IMG/VR virus record: IMGVR_UViG_3300042197_003121
Reading direction: 5' to 3' (one strand)
DNA: 64,000 nucleotides
DNA from: an uncultured virus (IMG/VR IMGVR_UViG_3300042197_003121)
Lineage: Duplodnaviria > Heunggongvirae > Uroviricota > Caudoviricetes
The notes beneath the pieces are model-generated. The model saw only the letters and a program-made list of their open reading frames with translations. It was not told the DNA's origin and searched no databases. This document shows positions 17,148 through 27,045 of this stretch, one piece after another (the first letter of the stretch is position 1; every line of letters begins with the position of its first letter). The position numbers were made by a program, and so were the translations under genes.

Positions 17148-17629
17148 CGGAATGGATTCAGGTTTTAACCGATAAAGACCGCGAATCCTTTCTTGCCTTC
17201 TGTAAACGCACCAGCTCTCCAATACAAATGTACCTGTATGCCCGGTTTCTCGGGTTTACAGGTAGCATTGTACAGTGCGATGAATGGTCCAAGAAAGAGT
17301 TTAAAAAGCGTAATTTTAATGCTTTACTGGAGGATGAAATTGATTCCATGCAGCAGGATATTGCTAAATTGCGAGATGCAATTGATATGGGCATGGTGAA
17401 ACAAGATATGGGAACGTCTAGAATCGCCATGCTTCAAAAAGAACTGCGTGGCTCAATTAAACAGCTTAATGACGAAAAAGTTTTATTAGATAAGCAGGGT
17501 TTAATTCTTGCTGGTGCTGACCGAGCTTTACGTGAAATGATTTCTATCTTCCGTGATGATCCCATTGAGGGCCCGCTCCAGGAAGCCTCCATGGGAGTTT
17601 GGACCAAAATCCTATCAGAAGAATCGTAA
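17144..17629 (+). CDS. Possible terminase small subunit
   Basis: Helical 161-aa protein directly upstream of terL; position only. Confidence 0.45.
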   Translation: MTEWIQVLTDKDRESFLAFCKRTSSPIQMYLYARFLGFTGSIVQCDEWSKKEFKKRNFNALLEDEIDSMQQDIAKLRDAIDMGMVKQDMGTSRIAMLQKELRGSIKQLNDEKVLLDKQGLILAGADRALREMISIFRDDPIEGPLQEASMGVWTKILSEES

Positions 17630-17653
17630 GGCTAATTGCGCTAAGCTACGGGC

Positions 17654-19177
17654 ATGGTAGCAACTAGCATCTATTCTGTATATCGGCGGACGGCGCGTGC
17701 TGCGGCGCAAAAGCGTGTCGTAAAACAGACAAGTACAGTAGATATTGAAAGGGCCAGAACAGATTTTGGTTACTTCTGTGAAGTTGTTGGCGATAAACCC
17801 CCAGCAGCTCATCACAAAGAGTGGCATAAATATCTCTGTACTGACGAAAACAGCGAATGTTTAATTGGCATCGCTGGGCCCAATGTAGATATTTTGGCGC
17901 CGAGGGGTAGTGCCAAATCAACGGTTTTAGGTTTATTCACTGCCTGGGCAATTGGGATACATGCTTTACACAAAAAACCACTTAAAATTCTGTACATCTC
18001 TTACACTGTTGACGTTGCTCGTCCAAAGAGTGCAGCCATTAAGCGAATCATTGAAGAAAGTAAAATTTACGGAGAAGTATTCCCAACCGTAAAAATTGCA
18101 AAGGGGATCAACTCCAACGAATACTGGAGCATTGATTGGAAGTTTGCAGGAATTAAATCTACCGGTGAGGAAGAATTTACTGTATGTTGCGCAGGCTTGA
18201 AAGGCGCTGTGACCTCAAAGCGTTCACATCTTTGCATTATTGATGACGCGATTAAATCTGCTGATGACATCAAGAACAGAGACATTCGCGCCGCGATGGA
18301 AGATAACTGGAATTCAGTTATTGTCCCTACGATGTTTGAAGGTGGCCGAGCAATTTGCCTTGGTACTAGATTTAGACATGATGATATCCATAACACCACT
18401 TTCATTCCGTCAAATGATTGGATTCAAATTGTTCAGTCAGCCATCACAATTGACGAGCAGGGAGAAGAACTATCCTATTGGCCTGCACTTTGGTCTTTAG
18501 ATTATTTGAGGGATCGCCGTAGGCAAGCGCCGATCGCATTTAGTTTTCAGTATCAGAATCAAATTGTACAAACCAGCGAGCTATCACTATCTCCCGATTT
18601 AATCGTTAAAGGTACGATTGCTACTCAATTTGATTCTTTGGGTGTTGGCGTTGACTTGTCGGCAGGTATTCGAGAGCAGAATGACTATACCGTGTTTACG
18701 ATGGGTGGTCGTGTTGGCGACAGAATTCACATCATCGATTGCAAACGAATTCGAATGATGGGTAACTTGGAAAAACTTGAAGCATTAATGGAGATGATGG
18801 AGGAATGGGGTGTTGTCCATAAAGACAACAATCGTTACTTCCCCACTGGTAGTAATATTGACATCTGGTCCGAAGCGGTTGCGTATCAGGCCTCGCTTGA
18901 GGCAGACTTCAAACGAATCTGCCTTGGGGAGCACGGACTTTACAACATGAATTGGCATGCAATCAAGGGATTCCGTGGTGACAAGGTGGCTAGATTCCGT
19001 GGCATCATGGGCTTATTTGAGCAACGGAAGATCATCTTCAATAAATACAGGCGTTTTGGTTACCTGCAAGATGAAATCGTGAATTTTGGTGTGAGCTCTC
19101 ACGATGACTGCGTTGACTCTTTGGTTTGGCTTTGCAACGGTTTAATGACCAGAGGAAAGCTTCAACTGGAGTTCTAA
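17654..19177 (+). CDS. terL: Terminase large subunit
   Basis: APRGSAKST Walker A, CIIDD Walker B, LGTRF, GVDL and HDDCVDS nuclease motifs. Confidence 0.95.
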   Translation: MVATSIYSVYRRTARAAAQKRVVKQTSTVDIERARTDFGYFCEVVGDKPPAAHHKEWHKYLCTDENSECLIGIAGPNVDILAPRGSAKSTVLGLFTAWAIGIHALHKKPLKILYISYTVDVARPKSAAIKRIIEESKIYGEVFPTVKIAKGINSNEYWSIDWKFAGIKSTGEEEFTVCCAGLKGAVTSKRSHLCIIDDAIKSADDIKNRDIRAAMEDNWNSVIVPTMFEGGRAICLGTRFRHDDIHNTTFIPSNDWIQIVQSAITIDEQGEELSYWPALWSLDYLRDRRRQAPIAFSFQYQNQIVQTSELSLSPDLIVKGTIATQFDSLGVGVDLSAGIREQNDYTVFTMGGRVGDRIHIIDCKRIRMMGNLEKLEALMEMMEEWGVVHKDNNRYFPTGSNIDIWSEAVAYQASLEADFKRICLGEHGLYNMNWHAIKGFRGDKVARFRGIMGLFEQRKIIFNKYRRFGYLQDEIVNFGVSSHDDCVDSLVWLCNGLMTRGKLQLEF

Positions 19178-19229
19178 GTCAGATTACGTGGTATAAAGTA
19201 TTTTGGACCTAGACTTATAAAATCACCCA

Positions 19230-19412
19230 ATGTCCACCAGCTACTACAACGTTGAGCTTGAACAGGATGTTTACGGTTCTGCCGTCATCCCCCTTCCTGA
19301 TGAGCTTTGTCACGATATGGCGCTTCAACCTAATGAGCGATTTGAACTCGAGGTTGAGGATGACGTGATTACACTAAAACGCATTGCTGTTGGCTACGAT
19401 ATTGACGAGTAA
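19230..19412 (+). CDS. AbrB/MazE-like DNA-binding protein
   Basis: GSAVIPLPDELCHDMALQPNERFELEVEDDVITLKR. Confidence 0.7.
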   Translation: MSTSYYNVELEQDVYGSAVIPLPDELCHDMALQPNERFELEVEDDVITLKRIAVGYDIDE

Positions 19413-19425
19413 TTCCTAACAACCC

Positions 19426-21699
19426 ATGAGCGACGGAAATAAAACTGCCCTTGACGACATTCTTAAGGCAGTCATAACTCGCGATGGTAGCGGTCCCGCA
19501 GACACGATGCTAGTCAACGCGCATCTTGGGCAGATGCGTATGTTTGGCATACGACAAGGCGTTGAATTTTACCCAGAACAGGACAACCTCGGGACTCAAC
19601 GGTTTGATTTTGTTCAGCAAGTAATCAAATTTAATAAATTAGATGCTCGGCTGGATTCGATTTGGGATCGTTTCCTGTGTTACGGGAAGGGCCTGTTTTA
19701 TATTCGTCCAACCAAGAAAACATATCGCCTGTACTGGTTCGATAAAGATTCGTATCGCACTTATTATTCGCCGGATGGGGAACTGGAAGAAGTTATCATC
19801 ATCTACCCATACAAAGTTCGCTCCACTCGTGGTTTCCAGGGTGTTGGTTTAAATACGGATAAGCGCTACATGCGGCTTCGTATTACCGCTACCGAGATTG
19901 AGGAGTTTCACAGCGAGCAAGAAATTACATTTGATATGCCAACCATGGAGTTTGGCGTATTTGACAAGAAAACTGTTGTCAACACAATGGAATTTATCCC
20001 TTGTGTTGAGGTATTTAACAACCCAGATGCTTTTGGCACCGATGGTGCCGGTGAGTTCGATTGGATGTCAAACCAAATCATCGCACACGATGAGATGGTT
20101 AAGAATATTCGCGCAAACCTGTCTTTCTTTGGTAATCCCACTCTTCTTTCGTCAAGGCCCAAGCAAGACATCGTTGAAAGTGGGGATACAGATGTTGCCC
20201 AACGACCCAGCATTTCCAGTCAATCTGGATTCCAATCTGAATTTTTCTTATCCAGTTCAACATACAAGCAAGATAACGTAAATCGCCAACCTCCTGGTTA
20301 CATCGGTAAACCTGGAAGCGGCATGAGGGTTCCTCGAGTTATTGCCAACCTGGAGCCAACTGATCGTGTCGGTTTTATCACGCCGAACGCTGTTAGCACT
20401 GATCAGGCACGTTATGCAGAGCAGCTGCGGAGCGAGATTCGGTTGGCATTAGGTGGTATTGATGACTTGAGTATTACAAACGTTACCGCTACCGAAGTTA
20501 AATCGGCTTACGGTCGTGTCAGCGCCACTGCAAAGAAAAAGTGCTTACAACTTTATACGTACGGGATTTGCAAATGCTTCGAATTAATGATTTTTCAGGA
20601 AGAACAAATCTTCCGAAAATCATTGGCTTATGCCTCTGGAATTAAATATCCCGCTCCCCCAGAAAATCCGGATGATGAGGCCGCTGTTTTAAAATATGAA
20701 AAACAAAAATCAACTTACGAAAAGAAACTTCAAAAAGCTATTGATACAGCGTTAGAAACAAAAGAAATCCCAGATGGAGTTCTTGGTTTAGCTCCAGATG
20801 GTGATCGAACGGTAGCTTGGCGCTGGATGGGACCTGTTTACGAAGATACTCCGTCCGATAAATTAAACCAGTCTATCTTTACCAGGAACTTACAAGAGTT
20901 AGGGGTTGATAGCATTGAAGCACTGAAGTATTTGTTCCCTTCAAAAACGGATGACGAAATCGCGGGCATGCTCTCGGGGTTCCCATTCCGGATGGTGGGG
21001 GAAGTACAGAGGGCCTACTCCGCATTTATTGACCTTGTCAATTTAGAAATGCGGACACCACATCCGCAGCAACCGAATTTACCGATGGCTGCGGATCCAA
21101 GACTTGATCTTACCCCCTTCCTTTACCGAACTCTCGAAAGCCTACAAAAAGAGGTAACCTATGCAGGCCGATACCGCAATGCCGACCCAATCGGCACCCC
21201 AAGTATCCCCGACCCAGCCGACCAGCTACGCGGCTCCAATGACGCAAACGGCGGCCCAAGCTCCGGCGGTGGCGACCAACTCTCAATGGGTGGCGCCTTA
21301 CCAGCAGATGGTGGCCCCCGCCCCGCAAACCCAGGCCCAGATGGGGGTCCCCAGCTACCCATCAGCCCCTACAGCGTTTTACCCCCAAGCACCCCAGGCA
21401 GTCCCACAAGCGGCACCTCAGGCGGAGAATCCTTACAAGGAGGCGTTCAATCGGGTGGTGGGGCTCCTGAGTTCGCCCGTCCAATTCCCCTTCCAGGGTC
21501 AACAGTCGGCAGTGACTCAACCGGTAAACCCGGCCAGTTACGCTTCCCAACAGGCTCCCCAGTACAACAACGCGGGGATGCCGACCTCTATGCCTGGGAC
21601 CAGCAACAACCAGGCCTACTCCAACGGTTATTCCCAACCTTCACAGGAAATCAGCCAGGAACAGCTTCTGGCAAACGGAGTAAGCCCGCAAAGTCTTGA
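19426..21699 (+). CDS. Putative portal protein with long C-terminal extension
   Basis: Size and position between terL and scaffold/capsid genes. Confidence 0.65.
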   Translation: MSDGNKTALDDILKAVITRDGSGPADTMLVNAHLGQMRMFGIRQGVEFYPEQDNLGTQRFDFVQQVIKFNKLDARLDSIWDRFLCYGKGLFYIRPTKKTYRLYWFDKDSYRTYYSPDGELEEVIIIYPYKVRSTRGFQGVGLNTDKRYMRLRITATEIEEFHSEQEITFDMPTMEFGVFDKKTVVNTMEFIPCVEVFNNPDAFGTDGAGEFDWMSNQIIAHDEMVKNIRANLSFFGNPTLLSSRPKQDIVESGDTDVAQRPSISSQSGFQSEFFLSSSTYKQDNVNRQPPGYIGKPGSGMRVPRVIANLEPTDRVGFITPNAVSTDQARYAEQLRSEIRLALGGIDDLSITNVTATEVKSAYGRVSATAKKKCLQLYTYGICKCFELMIFQEEQIFRKSLAYASGIKYPAPPENPDDEAAVLKYEKQKSTYEKKLQKAIDTALETKEIPDGVLGLAPDGDRTVAWRWMGPVYEDTPSDKLNQSIFTRNLQELGVDSIEALKYLFPSKTDDEIAGMLSGFPFRMVGEVQRAYSAFIDLVNLEMRTPHPQQPNLPMAADPRLDLTPFLYRTLESLQKEVTYAGRYRNADPIGTPSIPDPADQLRGSNDANGGPSSGGGDQLSMGGALPADGGPRPANPGPDGGPQLPISPYSVLPPSTPGSPTSGTSGGESLQGGVQSGGGAPEFARPIPLPGSTVGSDSTGKPGQLRFPTGSPVQQRGDADLYAWDQQQPGLLQRLFPTFTGNQPGTASGKRSKPAKS

Positions 21700-22174
21700 G
21701 GTTATTAATTATTTTGGCGCGGACGTTCCCGCCATCCTCAACACTTATTCCTGCCAGCTTGAAGATGCGCTGATTCAAACCAATCAGCAACTTATCGAAT
21801 CCGTAAACCTCCTTCAGGAACTTTCGAATGAGCATCGTGCTTATGAGACCATCCTGACTGATCCAGATGTCCTCGCTGACTACACCTGTGAGTTCTTTGG
21901 TGAGAACGGTCCTTATCCGATCCCTGATTCGGAGATTGGTTATGCGCCTGCGCAGCAAGGTCAAGCGGTTGGTCAACAGTACCAGCGTCCGGTCGCTCCT
22001 CAGCGTCCTGAAATGCCTGTTCCTCCTCAACCTCAAGCGCAAGGTAATCCCATGGATTTCTGGAATAGCTTCGGCTCTCTGGCTGATCGGGATCCTTCAA
22101 ATGCTTGGCGTTATCTGAATGCTGCTCAGTCCAATCCAGAAGTCTTCCGTCAAAAGCTTCTGGTGATGGAGTGA
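21161..22174 (+). CDS. Putative capsid scaffolding protein
   Basis: Pro/Gln/Ala-rich with central coiled coil; upstream of capsid gene. Confidence 0.6.
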   Translation: MQADTAMPTQSAPQVSPTQPTSYAAPMTQTAAQAPAVATNSQWVAPYQQMVAPAPQTQAQMGVPSYPSAPTAFYPQAPQAVPQAAPQAENPYKEAFNRVVGLLSSPVQFPFQGQQSAVTQPVNPASYASQQAPQYNNAGMPTSMPGTSNNQAYSNGYSQPSQEISQEQLLANGVSPQSLEVINYFGADVPAILNTYSCQLEDALIQTNQQLIESVNLLQELSNEHRAYETILTDPDVLADYTCEFFGENGPYPIPDSEIGYAPAQQGQAVGQQYQRPVAPQRPEMPVPPQPQAQGNPMDFWNSFGSLADRDPSNAWRYLNAAQSNPEVFRQKLLVME

Positions 22175-22228
22175 TTATCAGTATTCCGAATAAACGTCAT
22201 TTATCGGAAAAATAAGTAAATGTAAAAT

Positions 22229-22261
22229 AAGGGGGTAGTAACGGCTGCCCCCCTTTTATTT
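22229..22261 (+). terminator. Putative intrinsic terminator
   Basis: GGGGGTAGT-AAC-GGCTGCCCCC then TTTTATTT. Confidence 0.5.
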
Positions 22262-22270
22262 GTAATATTT

Positions 22271-22708
22271 ATGGACCCTAAAAAGGAGAGCGCTGGTAAA
22301 AGAGCTGAAAAATTTCTGGAGAGAATCGGCACTGCTGGTGGCGCAATTGGTTCTCCATTCCTTTTTAGTTTTGGTGCCGGTAATTTAATGGATCAATTGC
22401 AAGCTGGTTTGGTTGATGAGTACGCACCCATCAGGACTCGTGACGCCGCACCTAAAGTCGGAAGTCCAAACGCTGTTGAACCACGGATGCCCAGTGATCT
22501 GGATGCGGCTTATTTAAAATTAAATCTTCCTGGGTCCCCATTGCCTAGAAACGGGCTTATGGCGGCGCAATTTATTGATTCGGCTGAATATACACAAGAC
22601 GCGATCATTGCTAATGAACAGCGGATCTTTTCTAAATTTATGCCCATGACCGGACAGCTGCCGATGGGCATTCAACCTCCGATGCCTCAGAAAAAAGGTC
22701 GCCGCTAA
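22271..22708 (+). CDS. Hypothetical protein
   Basis: ORF in head module. Confidence 0.7.
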   Translation: MDPKKESAGKRAEKFLERIGTAGGAIGSPFLFSFGAGNLMDQLQAGLVDEYAPIRTRDAAPKVGSPNAVEPRMPSDLDAAYLKLNLPGSPLPRNGLMAAQFIDSAEYTQDAIIANEQRIFSKFMPMTGQLPMGIQPPMPQKKGRR

Positions 22709-22971
22709 TGGACAAATCTAAAGCTAAAAAGGCTGTTAAAAAATCGGAGTCCAGGAAACAAATGGCAGAAGCTGCCAACATGATGGCAATTATGCAAGCA
22801 ACTGAAGCCGGGGCTGGCATCGATCCTGAAATTCAATCCTCACAGATTGATATGCAGACTCCGACCGTCAATCCGTATCACGCAATGGGTTCGATGGCTC
22901 CAATGATGTATGCTCCAGGTAACATGCTGCCTGGCTACAACTTCCCCGTAATGGTAAATCCGGAAACCTGA
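22708..22971 (+). CDS. Hypothetical Met-rich protein
   Basis: Coupled TAATG start. Confidence 0.7.
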   Translation: MDKSKAKKAVKKSESRKQMAEAANMMAIMQATEAGAGIDPEIQSSQIDMQTPTVNPYHAMGSMAPMMYAPGNMLPGYNFPVMVNPET

Positions 22972-23005
22972 TTCCAATAGTTATTAATCCGGATTGATAA
23001 ATTGT

Positions 23006-23014
23006 TGCTATAAT
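23006..23014 (+). promoter_or_regulatory. Extended -10 promoter of the capsid gene
   Basis: TGCTATAAT about 140 nt before the ATG. Confidence 0.65.
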
Positions 23015-23153
23015 TTTTGTAATGGGACGGAAGTTCCAGGCCAGTAATGGCGCGAACCTTGAAAATTGAATAAATTTTCCAGATTTTTGGTCCATTACTA
23101 CCATGGGTCTTCTAGATCCTGGTATCAGCTAAAAACTACGCTGTAATACCAAC

Positions 23154-25106
23154 ATGTTTATCGATAGCTAACTCAGATCCTGATAGGTTTTTCCTTTTAA
23201 GATTTGATAAACGGCTAAGTGATTACAATTGAAGTGATCCGCAATTTTTCGATAAGAAAAACCTTCGGCCCTCATCTGCTTCATTTGATTCACATCACTT
23301 TCTGAAAATTTTCTTAAAGTTTTTTTAGCCTTCCCTTTACTGGCATAACCATTTTTAGAGTAACATCCAGCTTTTAACGCCCTGTTGTAGTTTTCTCTTT
23401 TTGTAACGACCTCAAGATTTTCAAGAAAATTGTTTCTTTTGTTGCCATCTTTGTGATCAACCTGAAGAGAATTGCTTCGAACTCCGTGACGAGTTAGATC
23501 TAAATTTAAAAAAGTTATTGCCATAAGAACATGTATGTGATAGCGTTTCCTTTCCCCCTCTTGGGAAATAGAAATTCTGTTGTACGTGCTCGTAGAACTA
23601 ATGCTCAATTCAACAAAACCATTATCGGTTTTTTGATACGGCGTTCCGGTTTCATCTAAGTAAAGGTTTTCGAATCCAGGGACTAGTCTTGGTTCCATGT
23701 TGTATAAAAACAACTTGATTCCAAATTAGCATGCCTTAGCTGAGTAGTCAATGTTGTCGCCTAATCAGGTAACTGATTAGTGAACACCGGGTGAATTCAG
23801 GGAAGCCCTAACGTAAAGACGAGGGTAATCCTGAGCCAAGCCAACTAAGTCCGTAGTTGGAAGGTGCAGAGACTAGGCGGTGGATGACGCTTCATCCGTA
23901 ATACGTCGTTAGCGCCCGGCACCCTACCAAGGGTGAAGAGATAGTCCACCCCTTCAAGAAATTGAAGATCAGGAGAACGACTTTCCCAAGCTGTTGGGTG
24001 CGGAGCTGTACCGCCCCCATCCGGCTTACATTGTGGAAATGGCAGCTGAGCCTGTTGTTGTCCACGATTTCACTAAACAGCCTGGTCAAACTGTTCAGTT
24101 AGACCGGTATCGTTTCTGGGGCAACCCTGGGACCAAGACTCAGCGTGAGCGCACCCAAGACCAAACGATCGGTACGGCCAACAGCCGCTCCATCGTTAAG
24201 GACAAGGTGCTTGTGTCTCTGCGTGAGTACACCGGCCCTGCTGACCCGAATAACTCCAACCTCCCGAGCACCTTCAAGATCGCTCGTGAGACTCTGATGA
24301 CCGCACAGCGCCTGCTGCTGGACACCGGGAACCTTAACATGTTCCACCAGTCCATCGGTTCGCTGACCCTGCTCGATGACTATCGTCGTTGGCGCGATCG
24401 CGTCTTCCTTGACGAGTTCTCGAAATCTGAAGCTCGTGGCGCTGCATCTGATACCCAAGGTGGTTATTACTACCCCAACGGTAAAGTCAAGACTGGCGCG
24501 ACTACTCTGACTGCCTATAGTGCAACTGAGTACGCTTCGGAGCGTTACAAGTTCAACGTTAAGACCGACCTGCTGGAAGTTGTCAAGCAACTTCGTAAGC
24601 GGAACACCCCTGTGTTTGCTGACGGTTACTACCGTTGTATCGCTGATCCCTCCTTCATGAAGGATCTGCGTGCTGACCAAGGCTTCCGTGAAGTGGCTCG
24701 TTACCCTGGCATGGGTCAGCCTAACCCCCTGATGGGTGCTATGGCGCCTAACTCCGCCATCTATGGCGGTGGCCAGTTCGGTCAAGCTCAGTTCGTTGCT
24801 GGCGAACCCGTCATGCCTTCCGGCTTTGTGTTTGAAGGTGTCCGGTTCTTCGAATCGACCAACTTTGCTGACAAGTCAATCACTGTTGACATTGGCGACG
24901 GTAGTGGTGCTATTTCTCACACCACTCCTCCCGCTCTGTTCTTTGGCCCTCAAGCCGTCGGCGTGGGTATCGGTGGTCCGAACGCTCAGGTTCTGATCAA
25001 CAATAACGACGACTTCAGCCGCTTCATCATCCTGATTTGGCAGCTGTACGCCGGTTTCGCGAACCTGAACAAGGACTTCGTGACTGCCGCCTTCACCATC
25101 GTTTGA
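23154..25106 (+). CDS. Major capsid protein, spliced: exon 1 23154-23165, exon 2 23976-25106 (380 aa)
   Basis: Joined exons read MFID-NDFPKLLGAELYRPHP; strongly biased codons; QPGQTVQLDRY and G.FEGVRFFES capsid-like motifs. Confidence 0.85.
23166..23975 (+). mobile_element. Group I intron (810 nt)
   Basis: P GAATTCAGGGAA, Q AATCCTGAGC, R GTGCAGAGACTA, S AAGAGATAGTCC; P3 CCGGGTG/CGCCCGG, P8 and P9 hairpins; 5' exon ends in U, intron ends in G; frame restored. Confidence 0.92.
23168..23713 (-). CDS. Intron-encoded HNH homing endonuclease (antisense to host gene)
   Basis: YHIHVLMA..F, VDHKDGNKRNN...NLEVVT..EN, C-terminal HTH. Confidence 0.9.
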   Translation of the reverse strand: MFLYNMEPRLVPGFENLYLDETGTPYQKTDNGFVELSISSTSTYNRISISQEGERKRYHIHVLMAITFLNLDLTRHGVRSNSLQVDHKDGNKRNNFLENLEVVTKRENYNRALKAGCYSKNGYASKGKAKKTLRKFSESDVNQMKQMRAEGFSYRKIADHFNCNHLAVYQILKGKTYQDLS

Positions 25107-25125
25107 GGATAGGAGGTAACTAACA

Positions 25126-25944
25126 ATGGCTGCTTACAAAGAAGAAGCCGGTGCTATTCTCCAGCCCGGTAATCAAATCAATCGCCTTTCCTCTTACAAC
25201 ACCGAAGGTGTTTATGGCTGGCCTGGCGTCGAAGCTTTTGAACTGATCGGTTATGCCAAGGTTGATAACCTGGCTGCTGATAAGGCTTCCTACAAGAGCT
25301 TTGATATCATCGTCCCTTCGCCTGATCGTCGCCCTGACGACCGCGTTCGTGACAACCGCACCGCCCTCGTGGTGCAAGCTAGCTCTGCTCGTCCCGCCTA
25401 TATCTACGGCGCTTCGATTGCTATCGCTCAGGACATCCCCGCTGGTGGTCTGGCTGGCTTCCCTGCCTCGCCCGTGACCGCTGATATCGGTGGTACCTCA
25501 ACTGAAGGTCTGCTGCTTGGTCCTAACAACGCTGGTGCTCCTTTTGGCGTGCCTGCTACCCAAGCCAACGGCCTGGCTGCTGCTAGCTCCATCATCAGTG
25601 CTACCAGCTCCCTGTTTGCTCAGGGCCTGACTGATACCACTGTGGCTGACCTGCCCTTTACTACCAGTGTTACCACTGCCGGTATTGTGGCTGCTGACTT
25701 TGCTAACTCGATGTTCTATCGCGTTACCGCTGACACCACCTTTAAAGTGTTCAACGTTAACGCTGTGACTTCGACCACCGTTGACGGTGATGGCGTGTTC
25801 ATCAGCCAGACTGACAAAGATGCTGGTAAGGCTGGTTACATCTTGTGCCGTGTCAACTACCTGCGCCCTGCTCTGGGCGTGTCTTGGAACGACATTCAAG
25901 GTTTCATTGACTTTGCTTCGCAAGTCGGCGGTACCGACAGCTGA
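25126..25944 (+). CDS. Putative capsid decoration / second major virion protein
   Basis: AGGAGG RBS, same codon bias as capsid, terminator follows. Confidence 0.65.
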   Translation: MAAYKEEAGAILQPGNQINRLSSYNTEGVYGWPGVEAFELIGYAKVDNLAADKASYKSFDIIVPSPDRRPDDRVRDNRTALVVQASSARPAYIYGASIAIAQDIPAGGLAGFPASPVTADIGGTSTEGLLLGPNNAGAPFGVPATQANGLAAASSIISATSSLFAQGLTDTTVADLPFTTSVTTAGIVAADFANSMFYRVTADTTFKVFNVNAVTSTTVDGDGVFISQTDKDAGKAGYILCRVNYLRPALGVSWNDIQGFIDFASQVGGTDS

Positions 25945-25962
25945 TCTTTCAGCTACTAAAAT

Positions 25963-25992
25963 TAGCGGGTTCTTCGGAGCCCGCTTTTTTTG
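25963..25992 (+). terminator. Intrinsic terminator
   Basis: AGCGGGTTC-TTCG-GAGCCCGCT then T-run. Confidence 0.9.
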
Positions 25993-26050
25993 TGCCTATT
26001 GAAAATAAAAGTTAACCTTGTTAAGCTAGGCAGAGACTAAAACTGCATTT

Positions 26051-26491
26051 ATGCTGTACCAATACAAATTGACAGGTGGCCTTGTGGAAGTCATCTCCAA
26101 ACATGGAGACGGCATTCTCATGTGCATCGATTCTCAAGATGAAGTTCTGTATGTCGAAGAAGAATTGCTTTCGCCACACCTGGAAGCAACTAACGAAAAA
26201 ATTCGAACAGAAGAGAGGTTGACTGCTGTTTTGGAGTCGGAAGGAGTTAAACCGGCAAAGCCAACGACTAAGGAAACGTTCCCACTGGATACGCGAATCA
26301 ACATTAATACCGCAAGTGCTCGTCAAATTGCGGACTCGTTACCCGGTGTTGGCCTAAAAACAGCACGTGACATTAAAGATTTGCAGACTTCAATGCCAGG
26401 TGAAAAATTTTTACGTCTTGACCAATTAAAGTCAATTAAGAGAGTTGACTGGGATGAAATTTTTAAAGAAAATTTAGTTCGGGTTGAGTGA
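26051..26491 (+). CDS. Helix-hairpin-helix domain protein
   Basis: RININTASARQIADSLPGVGLKTARDI. Confidence 0.8.
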   Translation: MLYQYKLTGGLVEVISKHGDGILMCIDSQDEVLYVEEELLSPHLEATNEKIRTEERLTAVLESEGVKPAKPTTKETFPLDTRININTASARQIADSLPGVGLKTARDIKDLQTSMPGEKFLRLDQLKSIKRVDWDEIFKENLVRVE

Positions 26492-26561
26492 TAATTAGCG
26501 CGTGCTAGTGTGTTAATGGGTATATCTAAAGGATGTGCCCATTACGCATTTCTTTCGTGTA

Positions 26562-27041
26562 ATGCAACTCGACACTTTTCTCAAATCTAAAGTTCGCTGG
26601 CACCTGGGATATAACCTGACATCGGTCCCTGCTGGCGATCAAGCACGACTTGAGGAAGCTGTCAACAATATCCAAGATTCGTTCTGGTATAGCAAGATTG
26701 TCGAACAGATCAGTCGGTGCGATGAAGCTGAAAAACGCACTGACATGACTGGCAGCGTGAACAATAATACCGTCCCCCGTAATCGTATTGAGAGTATCGC
26801 AGGTGATGTTGATCGAACGATTGCAACCTCTGATTTTAGAGACACGCTGAAAACCTGGACGGCAATCTATTTATACGAGACGGATCGACTCGCTCTCCAT
26901 CTCTATGTTCCGAATTACCGAAACCCCGAGCAAGCTCGATACCGATTCAACCGGGAAGGTGCTGAATTTATTCAAGCGCTTCCTGGTCCTGCCGACACTG
27001 CTGTGGGGACTAGGATCATGTTTGCTACCAACTTCCGTTGA
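26562..27041 (+). CDS. Putative head-tail adaptor protein
   Basis: KVRWHLGY N-terminus; position after capsid genes. Confidence 0.5.
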   Translation: MQLDTFLKSKVRWHLGYNLTSVPAGDQARLEEAVNNIQDSFWYSKIVEQISRCDEAEKRTDMTGSVNNNTVPRNRIESIAGDVDRTIATSDFRDTLKTWTAIYLYETDRLALHLYVPNYRNPEQARYRFNREGAEFIQALPGPADTAVGTRIMFATNFR

Positions 27042-27045
27042 AGCC

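Noticed and set aside
23994..25106. Capsid gene starting at TTG 23994
   Set aside because: Upstream sequence is a group I intron core; splicing gives an ATG start at 23154
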